Position numbers and translations under genes: made by a program
Shown: positions 36,487-45,558 of the stretch, piece after piece
Layout of the letters: the number at the start of each line of letters is the position of its first letter
Position numbering within the stretch: position 1 is the stretch's first letter
Notes under the pieces: model-generated
The model's input: the letters and a program-made list of their open reading frames with translations, nothing else
Databases searched by the model: none
Told to the model about the DNA's origin: nothing
DNA from: Candidatus Portnoybacteria bacterium
GTDB lineage: Bacteria > Patescibacteriota > Minisyncoccia > Portnoybacterales > GWB1-42-6
NCBI GenBank assembly: GCA_028688325.1
Contig: JAQTYI010000001.1
Location: forward strand, 302,620-366,619
Direction of reading: 5' to 3'
Length of the DNA stretch: 64,000 nt

Positions 36487-37871
36487 CAATCATGAAACTA
36501 CATTTTCACGGCGGGGCGGAGGCGGTAACAGGCGTCAATTATCTGCTGGAAACCGGGAAATCAAAGATTTTGGTTGATTGCGGTTTGTTCCAGGGGCCGA
36601 AGGAGTTGGAAGCCAGGAACTCAAAGCCATTCGAGTACGATGCCAAAACCATCGACGCGGTGATAATCACGCACTCGCATCTTGATCATGTTGGCCGCTT
36701 GCCCCAGCTCATCGACGCGGGATTTCGCGGCAAGATATTTGCCACGCCTCCGGCGGTTAATTTCACGCGCCTTATTTTGGAAGACAGTGTGCGGGTTTTG
36801 GCGGAAAAAGCCCAGCATGCGGGAGTCGTGCCGATGTTTTCCCAAGAAGAAGTCAACCAGGTGATGAGCCAGTTTGTGCCGGTTGATTATTATAAAAAAA
36901 CCAAAGCCGCGGAAGATATTGAATTTACATATCATAACGCGGGTCATATTCTGGGCTCGGCCATCGTTGAGCTTGACTCCGAAGGAAAGAAAATAGTTTT
37001 TTCCGGTGACTTGGGTCATCCGCCCGCGCCATTGTTGCGCGCGCCGGATTATTTAATCTGCGCCGATTATGTGCTGGTGGAGTCAACTTATGGCGACCGA
37101 AACCACGAATCGCCGGAAGAAGGCGAAGAAAGAATAGAGAATGTCATCGAGGACACCATTTCCAAGGGCGGCGTCTTGATGATTCCCAGCTTTGCCATGG
37201 AACGCACCCAACAGCTGCTTTATCATATAAATGACCTGATCGAACACAAGCGCATTCCGAGGATACCTGTTTATATTGATAGCCCCTTGGCTACGCATAT
37301 CACTGAAGTTTATAAAAAATATCCGCAATACTATAACAAAGAGGCGGCTTCCGAGATTGACTCGGGCGATGATGTTTTTAATTTTCCAGGACTGCGTTTC
37401 ACTCTTTCTTCCAAGGAATCAAAAGAAATAAATGATTCGCCGTCTCCCAAAGTTATCATCGCGGGGTCGGGCATGAGCAACGGCGGCCGCATCGTGCATC
37501 ATGAAGTGCGGTATCTGAGCGACCCGAAAAACACCTTACTGATGGTGGGCTATCAGGCCGAAGGTACGCTGGGCCGGCGCATCGCCGACGGGCAGAAAAG
37601 GGTTGTTGTTCTGGATCAGGAAGTGGAGGTGCGGGCAAAAGTGGAAAAAATTTCCGGCTACTCGGCGCACGCCGACCAGTTTTATCTGATGGACTGGATA
37701 AAGAGTTTCAAAAAAATCGCTTGCGGCGATGGCAGCGGCAAGCATAAATTGACGAAAGTTTTTGTGGTGCAAGGCGAAGCCAAACCGGCCGCGGCTCTGG
37801 CCAGTTTGATCCGCGATGAGCTTGGCATTACTACGGAGGTGCCAAAGCTCGGTGAAACGGTTGAGCTTTGA
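36483..37871 (+). CDS. Beta-CASP metallo-beta-lactamase-fold ribonuclease (RNase J / CPSF-like)
   Basis: HxHxDH motif (ITHSHLDHVGRLPQL). Beta-CASP motifs. C-terminal RMBL-like region. The start was trimmed to the ATG after the repeat. Confidence 0.75.
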   Translation: MTIMKLHFHGGAEAVTGVNYLLETGKSKILVDCGLFQGPKELEARNSKPFEYDAKTIDAVIITHSHLDHVGRLPQLIDAGFRGKIFATPPAVNFTRLILEDSVRVLAEKAQHAGVVPMFSQEEVNQVMSQFVPVDYYKKTKAAEDIEFTYHNAGHILGSAIVELDSEGKKIVFSGDLGHPPAPLLRAPDYLICADYVLVESTYGDRNHESPEEGEERIENVIEDTISKGGVLMIPSFAMERTQQLLYHINDLIEHKRIPRIPVYIDSPLATHITEVYKKYPQYYNKEAASEIDSGDDVFNFPGLRFTLSSKESKEINDSPSPKVIIAGSGMSNGGRIVHHEVRYLSDPKNTLLMVGYQAEGTLGRRIADGQKRVVVLDQEVEVRAKVEKISGYSAHADQFYLMDWIKSFKKIACGDGSGKHKLTKVFVVQGEAKPAAALASLIRDELGITTEVPKLGETVEL

Positions 37872-37911
37872 TGGACTTAACCGTGTTTTTAAATTAAAAT
37901 AACATTATTAT

Positions 37912-38042
37912 GCCAGGCAGTGAAAATTCGGCAGTTTATACGGATTATCATTGGTTGGTAAAGATAGATAAAACTATAGAGTTTGGCATCATTAATTAAG
38001 TTCGTTGAATTTAATTAATATAGCCGAATTTCTACTGCCCGG
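37912..38042. mobile_element. MITE copy e (inverted orientation)
   Basis: GCCAGGCAGTGAAAATTCGGCAG ... GCCGAATTTCTACTGCCCGG, then T and the ATG of the downstream gene. Confidence 0.8.
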
Positions 38043-38043
38043 T

Positions 38044-38649
38044 ATGGAAGAAATAGCCAAAAGCCATTTGAAATACAAGATCTGCGTTTCGGGCGCGGCG
38101 CGCACGGATTGTTGCTCCGAAGATGCAATGGATAAGACCAAGGAATTGGGGCGCGAGATAGTGCGCCAGAACGGCATTGTGGTCACCGGCGCCACCACGG
38201 GGGCTCCCTACTGGGCGGCCATTGGCGCCAAAGAAGAGGGCGGTATTTCCATCGGATTCTCGCCCGCGTCTTCCGAGGCCGCGCATGTAAAAACATACCA
38301 CCTGCCCATAGATTATTTTGATATGATTGTTTACACGGGCTTTGAATATTCCGGCCGCAATTTGATATTGACCCGGGCGGCCGATGCGGTGGTCTTTGTC
38401 TGCGGGCGGCTGGGCACGCTGAATGAATTCACCATCGCCTTTGAAGATAAAAAGCCCATTGGCGTTCTGACGGGCACCGGCGGCATGGCCGACGAGATAA
38501 AAGAAATAGTGGCCAAAGGAAACCGCGGTCCGGGAAAAATCGTTTATAACGACAATCCGAAAGTTTTGGTGGAAAAAGTTATAGAAATGATAAAAAAAGA
38601 AAAGGACATCGAGGTTGAGTTTGGAACGGGCAAAGGAGGGGGAGAATAA
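38044..38649 (+). CDS. TIGR00725/LOG-like Rossmann-fold protein
   Basis: KICVSGAAR...GIVVTGATTG...GGISIGF...VVFVCGRLGTLNEF. The start codon abuts the MITE repeat. The extension the track places upstream is a translation of that repeat. Confidence 0.6.
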   Translation: MEEIAKSHLKYKICVSGAARTDCCSEDAMDKTKELGREIVRQNGIVVTGATTGAPYWAAIGAKEEGGISIGFSPASSEAAHVKTYHLPIDYFDMIVYTGFEYSGRNLILTRAADAVVFVCGRLGTLNEFTIAFEDKKPIGVLTGTGGMADEIKEIVAKGNRGPGKIVYNDNPKVLVEKVIEMIKKEKDIEVEFGTGKGGGE

Positions 38650-38750
38650 AAATAAATATCAAATGTCAAATTTCCAATGACTAAAAAATCCCGCAGAGCG
38701 GGATAGGATTGAAAATTGGTCATTGGGATTTGGAAATTTTTGAGAGGGGG
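38650..38750. repeat. Family-4 dyad repeat (TTTCCAATGAC ... GTCATTGGGATTTGGAAA) with a central GC hairpin
   Basis: Inverted CCAATGAC / GTCATTGG arms around TCCCGCAGAGCGGGA. Confidence 0.6.
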
Positions 38751-39013
38751 TGAGCAGTATGGCAGAAGAAAAATTGATAGGAAAAATTACCCATTATTTC
38801 GGCAATATAGGAGTTGGCATCATCGGGCTGACGGATTCTTTCCGCGTGGGCGACAGGATTCGCGTTAAGGGTTCGACCACGGATTTTGAGCAGGCGGTTA
38901 ATTCTATGCAAGTTGACCGCAAGGATATCAGTGAAGCCAAATCGGGCGATGAGGTCGGCGTAAAATTGGAGCAAAAGGTCAAAGAAGGCGATAAGGTGTA
39001 TAAGATTTTGTAA
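38750..39013 (+). CDS. Hypothetical small protein (beta-barrel-like)
   Basis: 87-aa ORF (…GKITHYFGNIGVGIIGLTDSFRVGDRIRVKG…). No family recognised. Confidence 0.4.
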   Translation: MSSMAEEKLIGKITHYFGNIGVGIIGLTDSFRVGDRIRVKGSTTDFEQAVNSMQVDRKDISEAKSGDEVGVKLEQKVKEGDKVYKIL

Positions 39014-39016
39014 AAA

Positions 39017-39280
39017 ATGGAAGAGCAGAATCCAAATCAAATACGGGCCAAAGCGGAAGATAAGCTGGTCATTTCTTCCAAAAAAAAGTGGCTGTGGCTG
39101 GGAATTTTGGTGGCGGCGGTGAACCCGGTCTTTGCCGGGCTCATTATGGGCGCGGTTTATTTGAGCGAACCGGAATTGCGCAAAGAAGGCCGCATCATCG
39201 CGGCAATCGCCATCTTATGGGGCGCGGCGCTGTTTTATTTTATCAGCAAGAACTTAACGATAAATCCTTTTTCTCTGTAG
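39017..39280 (+). CDS. Small membrane protein
   Basis: Two predicted transmembrane helices. Coupled to the downstream permease. Confidence 0.4.
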   Translation: MEEQNPNQIRAKAEDKLVISSKKKWLWLGILVAAVNPVFAGLIMGAVYLSEPELRKEGRIIAAIAILWGAALFYFISKNLTINPFSL

Positions 39281-39305
39281 TTTGCTCTCGCGCCTAATTT
39301 TGAAT

Positions 39306-40463
39306 ATGTCGAAAATTTTAAAAAATTACCGATTTTTTTGCGCGGTCGCCGTTTTGACAGGAACCATTATCGGCGCGGGAACTTTCGGCCTTCCGTTCGT
39401 TATGGCGCAAGCCGGGTTCGGCCTGGGCCTTTTTTATTTGATAATTTTAACGGGTGTTGTCATTTTGATACATCTTTCTTACGGCGAAGTTGTTTTGCGC
39501 ACGCAGCATCCCCACCGGCTCGTGGGCTACGCGGAAAAATATCTGGGGCGCGGGGCCAAGATATTCGCCACTATTGTGGCGCTTTTTGAATATTACGGTT
39601 CTCTTTTGGCTTATATCATTTTGGGAGGAGAATTTTTACGGATAATCTTGAGCCGGTTCTTCGGCGGTTCGGAAACCCTTTGGGTGCTGGTATTTTTCGC
39701 CTTAGGGATGCTGGCTGTGCTTTTCGGCCTGAAATTCATTTCTGGCAGTGAGCTGATAATGACCTTGATATTTGTCGGCACGATGGGCCTGCTTGTTTTT
39801 AAGGGCTGGCCGCTTATTAACGCGAATAATTTTTCCGGCTTTAACGGGTCAAACTGGCTCTTACCCTACGGCGTGATGCTTTTTGCCCTGGCCGGCTCGG
39901 TGGCCGTGCCGGAAATGCGCCAGATCCTGCGAGGCCAGGAAAAAAATCTGAAAACGGCGATTTTTTACGGAACCGTAATTTCAGCGGTATTTTATCTTAT
40001 TTTTGTCTGGGCGGTGGTCGGAATTTCCGGCGCCGCCACCAGCGAGGAAGCAATTTCTGGGTTGGTGCCGCATCTTGGCGCCTGGGTTATTCAGATCGGC
40101 GCGATATTCGGCCTGCTGGCCGTTTACACTTCCTTCATAGTGGTTGGCCATAGCTTAAGGAATATTTATCGCGACGATTATCATTTAAGCGAGTGGCCGG
40201 CCTTTTTCTTGACTTGCGCCATACCTTTGACGGCATATTTGGCCGGGATTAAAAGCTTTATTTTTGTCATCGGCTTTGTGGGTGCGATAATGGCGGGATT
40301 GGACGGCATTTTGACGATGGCTATTTATATCAAAGCCAAAAAAAATGGCGACCGTTGGCCCGAATACAGCTTATCCGGCGCCAAGACACTGGGGCTCTTT
40401 CTGATTTTTATTTTTACCCTGGGAATTATCGTTAATCTTATTTCTTTCTTAACAAGCAGATGA
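39306..40463 (+). CDS. Amino-acid permease (aromatic or hydroxy amino acid HAAAP/APC-like transporter)
   Basis: About 11 transmembrane segments. N-terminal GTIIGAGTFGLPFVMAQAGF, typical of Trp/Tyr permease-like transporters. Confidence 0.6.
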   Translation: MSKILKNYRFFCAVAVLTGTIIGAGTFGLPFVMAQAGFGLGLFYLIILTGVVILIHLSYGEVVLRTQHPHRLVGYAEKYLGRGAKIFATIVALFEYYGSLLAYIILGGEFLRIILSRFFGGSETLWVLVFFALGMLAVLFGLKFISGSELIMTLIFVGTMGLLVFKGWPLINANNFSGFNGSNWLLPYGVMLFALAGSVAVPEMRQILRGQEKNLKTAIFYGTVISAVFYLIFVWAVVGISGAATSEEAISGLVPHLGAWVIQIGAIFGLLAVYTSFIVVGHSLRNIYRDDYHLSEWPAFFLTCAIPLTAYLAGIKSFIFVIGFVGAIMAGLDGILTMAIYIKAKKNGDRWPEYSLSGAKTLGLFLIFIFTLGIIVNLISFLTSR

Positions 40464-41842
40464 CCTGGTTGATAAAAATTGAAAAAGCGCTGTTTTATTT
40501 TTTCACTTTCGCTTTTTTTTGGCAGTTGCGCCTGGTTTGGCAACCATTCGGCGGCGCGTTCAATGAGTGGGCTTCCGTTTATCTTTACGCCACAGATATC
40601 ATCATCGTGGCGATTTTATTTTTATGGGCTGTCAGGATTTTAAAAGATGGCATCAAAATAAAATGTGGCCGGCCGGAAATATTCTTGAGCGTATTTTTAA
40701 TGATTGTCGGCGCTTCGGTTGTTTTTGCCCAGAATAAATTATTGGCCGGTTACGGGTTTTTAAAATTGCTGGAAATGTCCGCGTTGTTTCTTTATGTCAA
40801 GCATAATTTTTCCGTGCTTTACGGCTTGAAAAGTTTCTGGCGTTGGTTCATTGCCGGAGCGGCATTGAATAGCGCGGTGGCGATAAACCAGTTTTTTGCC
40901 CAAAAAAGCTTGGGCTTGAAAATTTTTGCTGAAAGCCCGTTGGCGTCAAATATCGACGGCGTGGCGAAAATTATCGTCAACGGGGCCAAAATAATGCGCG
41001 CCTATGGCTTGGTGCCGCATCCCAATATTTTGGCGGCGATCTTAATGGCGGCAATTTTTGGAATGGCGTGGCTGTGGCTGAAACAATACAATGAGTGTCA
41101 TCATGGGTCGAGCTCGGGATCCAGGTCTTGGATTCCCGTTTTCACGGGAATGACAAAGAGAGCTGATTGTTTTTTGTCCGCATCGATTTTCATTTTTTTG
41201 TTATCCGCCCTTTTTTTCACCTTTTCCCGCGGCGTAACTATTGTCGGATTTGCGGCGCTTGCGGCCTGGTTGATTTTTGTCTGGCTGAAAAATAAAGAAT
41301 ACAGGAAGCCGATTTTGGGTATTTTTTTGCTATTTGCTATTTGCTATTCGCTATTGGCTATTATCTGCCGGCCTTATGTTTCTGCGCGCTACGATGCCGG
41401 CGCGCTATCTGGAAGCCAGGCCGTCAATTTAAGATACTTTTACAACCAGGAAGCGCTGACGATGATAGAAAAAAATCCCTTCCTGGGAGTTGGGCAGGGA
41501 AATTTTGTCTGGGCGCTGACTCGTTCGGATATTGCCAATTTTGAGCCGTGGATGGCTCAGCCCGTGCACAATATTTATTTGCTTATCGCTTCAGAAACCG
41601 GCCCGTTGGGCTTGCTTGCATTTTTGCTGTTTTTATTCTTTACTATAAGGGCCGCGTGGAAATATCGACATAATTTGTCGGAAAGTCATTTGCTGTTTAT
41701 TGTCGGCGCATTGCTGCTCATTGGACTTTTCGACCATTTTTTGTGGGATTTGCAGCAAGGGCAAATTTTGTTCTGGCTGGTGCTGGGAATTTTAGCGAGC
41801 TTTAGTTTAAATGATCAAGTAGAGTCGAGCCCTCGTAGTTGA
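40460..41842 (+). CDS. O-antigen ligase (WaaL/Wzy_C) family membrane protein with an in-frame family-1 repeat insertion. The 3' end overlaps the tRNA-Arg gene
   Basis: Multi-transmembrane protein with HNIYLLIASETGPLGLLAFLLF, a Wzy_C signature. Insert translated as ECHHGSSSGSRSWIPVFTGMTKRAD. Confidence 0.7.
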   Translation: MTWLIKIEKALFYFFTFAFFWQLRLVWQPFGGAFNEWASVYLYATDIIIVAILFLWAVRILKDGIKIKCGRPEIFLSVFLMIVGASVVFAQNKLLAGYGFLKLLEMSALFLYVKHNFSVLYGLKSFWRWFIAGAALNSAVAINQFFAQKSLGLKIFAESPLASNIDGVAKIIVNGAKIMRAYGLVPHPNILAAILMAAIFGMAWLWLKQYNECHHGSSSGSRSWIPVFTGMTKRADCFLSASIFIFLLSALFFTFSRGVTIVGFAALAAWLIFVWLKNKEYRKPILGIFLLFAICYSLLAIICRPYVSARYDAGALSGSQAVNLRYFYNQEALTMIEKNPFLGVGQGNFVWALTRSDIANFEPWMAQPVHNIYLLIASETGPLGLLAFLLFLFFTIRAAWKYRHNLSESHLLFIVGALLLIGLFDHFLWDLQQGQILFWLVLGILASFSLNDQVESSPRS

Positions 41843-41903
41843 ATGGATCCAATATCTCCCTCCGAAGGAGAAGCTGCAGGTTCGATTCCTGCCGAGGGCA
41901 CCA
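41829..41903 (+). tRNA. tRNA-Arg (anticodon CCG), CCA encoded
   Basis: Manual fold: acceptor GCCCTCG/CGAGGGC. D-arm GTTG-AATGGATC-CAAT. Anticodon arm TCTCC-CTCCGAA-GGAGA. T-arm GCAGG-TTCGATT-CCTGC. Discriminator A, then CCA. Confidence 0.85.
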
Positions 41904-42004
41904 GAATAAACCCTGTCTTTACATATTTCTCGCGAGAGATACAATTATTATGCAAGAGTAACTAATTAGTTCTTCTCTAAGGGCTCTTAATAAGGAGGTG
42001 GAGA

Positions 42005-42496
42005 ATGAGGCATTTTGAGGGGCATGTCGACAAATCGGCGATTGTTCTTAAGGATGTTTTTCCGGGAAGCGATTTGGTGATTTCTTCACCGTTCGAATTC
42101 AGCGGCAAGCGGTCTGGTGTCTATATCGAGGGCGCACCCGAGCATGTGGAAATAGTTTTCGGCAAGCTAACGGAACTGCTGGGCGCCTACATCGACGAGA
42201 AAATGTTCGGTCGTTGGATCGCGGCGACGCCGCCCGAAGATGATCTGCCTCGCGCAATCCTGCACTATGAGGCCTCGGCTAATTTTGAAAAAATGCGCCT
42301 GCTGAATTTCGTTTTTCGGGAACAGCTGGCGAAGATCTGTAATTTTCATCTGTCGGAGATTTCCGTTCTGCTGGTTCGGGCTGAGGGCAGGGAAATTGAC
42401 AAGAGGTGGGTTGCCTTGCCGGCCGGTTTTCCGAATGGGAGCGTCAGGCTGCCTGAGATAAAAAAAGAAGAAACAGAGAGGAATTCTTTTCATTAA
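42005..42496 (+). CDS. Hypothetical protein
   Basis: Strong Shine-Dalgarno sequence AAGGAGGTGGAG. 163 aa. GC-rich. No family recognised. Confidence 0.5.
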   Translation: MRHFEGHVDKSAIVLKDVFPGSDLVISSPFEFSGKRSGVYIEGAPEHVEIVFGKLTELLGAYIDEKMFGRWIAATPPEDDLPRAILHYEASANFEKMRLLNFVFREQLAKICNFHLSEISVLLVRAEGREIDKRWVALPAGFPNGSVRLPEIKKEETERNSFH

Positions 42497-42497
42497 G

Positions 42498-42546
42498 AAA
42501 TCCCCAACGCGATAAGCGTTGGGGATTTATTTTTCAGAGATTTGTG
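42498..42546 (+). terminator. Intrinsic terminator
   Basis: AAATCCCCAACGC-GATAA-GCGTTGGGGATTT followed by TTTTTC. Confidence 0.75.
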
Positions 42547-42606
42547 GTAAAATCTAATCAATAAATGAGGCAAGGAGGGCTTAGGCCTTTTTTAATTTAT
42601 TCTTTT

Positions 42607-43926
42607 ATGTCTTTTATCGCTGATTTCCATATCCATTCCAAATATTCCCGCGCCACATCCAAAGATATGGATCTGGAAACTCTGGATAAGTGGGCGCGCA
42701 TCAAAGGGGTTGATATCCTGGGAACGGGGGACTTCACCCATCCGGCGTGGCTTAAAGAATTAAAGAGCAAGCTGGAACCGGTTGAGCCGGGCCTTTTTAA
42801 ATTGCGTAAAGTCAATAAAATAAAACTGAATAACGGTTGGCATCTGCCGAATGATAATGCCGAAAGTTTCGGTGTGCGATTTTTATTGACCAGCGAGATA
42901 AGCTGCATCTATAAAAAACGAGGCAAGACGCGCAAGGTGCATGTGTTGGTTTTTGCGCCGAGCTTTGCGGCGGTGGAAAAGATCAACGCGCATTTGGGCT
43001 GGATAGGCAACTTGAAAGCCGACGGCCGGCCTATTCTGGGGCTCGACGCTAAAGAGCTGGCCAAAATCGTCTTGAATATTTCGCCGGAAGCGATGATAGT
43101 GCCGGCGCATATCTGGACCCCGCATTTTTCGGTTTTTGGTTCCGAGTCGGGCTTTAATTCTTTGAAGGATTGTTTTGATGAATACGCTCGCCATATCTAC
43201 GCGCTGGAAACCGGGTTGTCCAGCGACCCGGCCATGAACTGGCGCTTGTCTGATTTAGACAATATTTCTTTGATTTCCAATTCCGATTCTCATAGCCCTC
43301 ATCGCATAGGCCGGGAAGCGAATATTTTTGAGGGTAAGATCGAGGGCTACAAACCCATTATGGAAGCGTTGCGCCTGGGCGTCAAAGCGCCTTCGTCAGT
43401 CAAAAACCGCCTGGCCAAAACTATCGAGTTTTTTCCCGAAGAAGGAAAATATCACTATGACGGCCATCGCAACTGCAAAATATCTTTTTCGCCGGAAGAA
43501 ACAAAAAAACACAAAGGCATCTGCCCTGTCTGCAAAAAGAAACTGACTATCGGCGTGTTAAGCCGCGTCTATTCTCTGGCGGATAGGCCCATCGGCGGCC
43601 AGCCCGCGCGGGTCGTGCCGTTCACCTGTTTGATACCGCTTGAAGAGATCATCGCCGACAATTTCGGCGTGGGCACAGGCACAAAAAAAGTGGACACGAC
43701 TTACCAGGAACTGATAAATAGATTCGGCAATGAATTTAAGATTTTGACCGAGTTGCCGAAAGAAGAATTGTTAAGAGCGGCCAAGCCCGAAGTGGCCGAG
43801 GCCATCATGCGCGTGCGGGAGGGGAAGGTTAAAATCCATCCGGGCTACGACGGCGAATACGGCAAGGTGGAAATTTATAACGAAGAAGAGCGGAAGCATC
43901 TTAACAAACAAAAAACGCTGTTTTAA
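42607..43926 (+). CDS. PHP-domain endonuclease Q (EndoQ / TIGR00375-like) with a C-terminal zinc finger
   Basis: N-terminal PHP motif FIADFHIHSKYSRATS. Central His/Asp metal ligands. CPVCKKK zinc ribbon. Confidence 0.55.
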   Translation: MSFIADFHIHSKYSRATSKDMDLETLDKWARIKGVDILGTGDFTHPAWLKELKSKLEPVEPGLFKLRKVNKIKLNNGWHLPNDNAESFGVRFLLTSEISCIYKKRGKTRKVHVLVFAPSFAAVEKINAHLGWIGNLKADGRPILGLDAKELAKIVLNISPEAMIVPAHIWTPHFSVFGSESGFNSLKDCFDEYARHIYALETGLSSDPAMNWRLSDLDNISLISNSDSHSPHRIGREANIFEGKIEGYKPIMEALRLGVKAPSSVKNRLAKTIEFFPEEGKYHYDGHRNCKISFSPEETKKHKGICPVCKKKLTIGVLSRVYSLADRPIGGQPARVVPFTCLIPLEEIIADNFGVGTGTKKVDTTYQELINRFGNEFKILTELPKEELLRAAKPEVAEAIMRVREGKVKIHPGYDGEYGKVEIYNEEERKHLNKQKTLF

Positions 43927-43929
43927 TGA

Positions 43930-44010
43930 CTATTTGCCCCTCCCTTTTTAAAGGGAGGTTGGGAGGGATTTAAATCCACCCCCACCCCTCCTTTAAAAAG
44001 GAGGGAGAAA
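43930..44010. repeat. Family-2 repeat
   Basis: CCCCTCCCTTTTTAAAGGGAGGTTGGGAGGGATTTAAATCCACCCCCACCCCTCCTTTAAAAAGGAGGGAG. Confidence 0.8.
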
Positions 44011-44097
44011 ATAAATAAGTTTTATTTAGTCATTGTTCTTGACTCCCCATTTTAACGGTAATATTATTAAAATAAGATAATCATTAACCATAAACCT

Positions 44098-44181
44098 ATG
44101 TCTACAACAGCGTGGGTTTGGACCATAGTGGTCGTGCTGGTGGTTGTCGGCCTCATTTGGTGGTGGGTGGCGTCCAAGTAA
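44098..44181 (+). CDS. Possible 27-aa single-transmembrane peptide
   Basis: Hand-translated MSTTAWVWTIVVVLVVVGLIWWWVASK*. A short hairpin plus T-run follows. Confidence 0.25.
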   Translation: MSTTAWVWTIVVVLVVVGLIWWWVASK

Positions 44182-44313
44182 AATAGAATAGAGCGTCTGA
44201 GTTCAATGCTCCGATCGGCAAAATATTGGTGCGATATTTTTGGTAAGTCAAAATACTCCCGCGAGGAGTTTTTTTGTTTGCAAAAATGGTAAAATGTGCC
44301 ATATTTAAACCAT

Positions 44314-44441
44314 GCCAGGTGGTGAAAATTTGACGCTTTAATTATAAATATGCGAGTATCTGGTAATATAAAAAGTAGGGAATAATACAAGGATTAATAA
44401 TTTTTTAATGAGTAATTCTTGGTCAAATTTCTACTACCTGG
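44314..44441. mobile_element. MITE copy f
   Basis: GCCAGGTGGTGAAAATTTGACGC ... GTCAAATTTCTACTACCTGG, then T and the ATG of the downstream gene. Confidence 0.8.
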
Positions 44442-44442
44442 T

Positions 44443-45558
44443 ATGAAAAAACAGGTAAAAGCGCTGGTTTTGCTCTCGGGCGGCTTGGATTCTATCCTGG
44501 CCGTCAAATTGTTATTGGAGCAGGGAATCATTGTTGAGGCGGTGAATTTTCGCACTAATTTTTGCGGGCCGAGCAAGGCGCGCCTCGCCGCAAAAATGCT
44601 CGGAGTAAACTTAAGAGAGGTGAATATCAGGAAAGATTTTTTGCCCATTTTGAAACACCCCAGGCACGGCTACGGCACGGGCTTGAATCCTTGCATCGAT
44701 TGCCACGCTTTGATGCTGAAAAAAGCCGGGGAAATTATGCGTGCGGAGGGATTTGATTTCATTGCCACGGGCGAGGTGCTGGGCGAGCGGCCAATGAGCC
44801 AACATAAAAAGGCCTTGGATATTGTGGCTAAAGACGCGGATATTGTCGGCTATCTTTTGCGGCCGCTGTCGGCTAAATTGCTTGAGCCGACCATCGCGGA
44901 GAATGAAGGGGTGGTGGATAGGGAAAGATTATTGAATATTTCCGGCCGGAGCCGCAAAATACAGATGGCACTGGCCGAGCAATACGGCATCAAAGAATAT
45001 CCGACCCCTGCCGGCGGCTGCGCGCTGACGCAAAAGGGTTTTGCGGACCGCTTGCGCGAGCTGATGGCCAACAAGTCGGATTTTAATTCAGACGATGTGG
45101 ATCTGGTGGCGATAGGGCGGCATTTTTGGGTCGCCGTTTCTTGTCATCCCGGACTTGATCCGGGATCCAGTATCTCGAATGAAGACATGGATTCCCGCTT
45201 TCCCTCCTTCGCCTGCGGCTTTGGAAGGGCGCGGCGCGGGAATGACAGAAGAGAGAGCGGTGTCCAAATTATTCTCGGCCGCAACCAGGAAGAAAATAAT
45301 ATTTTAGAAAACATAGCCGGGCAAGGTGATATTTTGGTTGCGCCGGATAATTTTGTCGGACCTCTGGCTTTGGTCCGCGGCGCTACTTTTTGTCATCCTG
45401 AACTTGGTTCAGGATCTCAAGACAAGGGATCCCGAAACGAGTTCGGGATGACAGAAAAAGATATAATTGACAAAGCCAAGGAATTAATCTTGCAATTTTC
45501 GCCCAAAGCGAAGGACTTGGGAAAAGAGGATTTAAGGTTTAAGATTAAATTAATATGA
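44443..45558 (+). CDS. PP-loop ATP pyrophosphatase (ThiI/MnmA-like tRNA sulfurtransferase family) with two in-frame family-1 repeat insertions
   Basis: SGGLDS PP-loop. NPCIDCH. ATGEVLGERPMSQ. Inserts translated as CHPGLDPGS...GNDRRE and CHPELGSGSQDKGSRNEFGMTEKD. Confidence 0.55.
   Translation: MKKQVKALVLLSGGLDSILAVKLLLEQGIIVEAVNFRTNFCGPSKARLAAKMLGVNLREVNIRKDFLPILKHPRHGYGTGLNPCIDCHALMLKKAGEIMRAEGFDFIATGEVLGERPMSQHKKALDIVAKDADIVGYLLRPLSAKLLEPTIAENEGVVDRERLLNISGRSRKIQMALAEQYGIKEYPTPAGGCALTQKGFADRLRELMANKSDFNSDDVDLVAIGRHFWVAVSCHPGLDPGSSISNEDMDSRFPSFACGFGRARRGNDRRESGVQIILGRNQEENNILENIAGQGDILVAPDNFVGPLALVRGATFCHPELGSGSQDKGSRNEFGMTEKDIIDKAKELILQFSPKAKDLGKEDLRFKIKLI

Noticed and set aside
38005-38043. 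N-terminal extensions in the ORF track (MNLINIAEFLLPG..., MIRSAGFMNIAEFLLPG..., MVKFLLPG..., MPGSRNST...) for the 38005, 26770, 44419 and 35908 ORFs
   Set aside because: The same peptide recurs because it is the translation of the MITE terminal inverted repeat. Conserved protein N-termini begin at the ATG that abuts the repeat.
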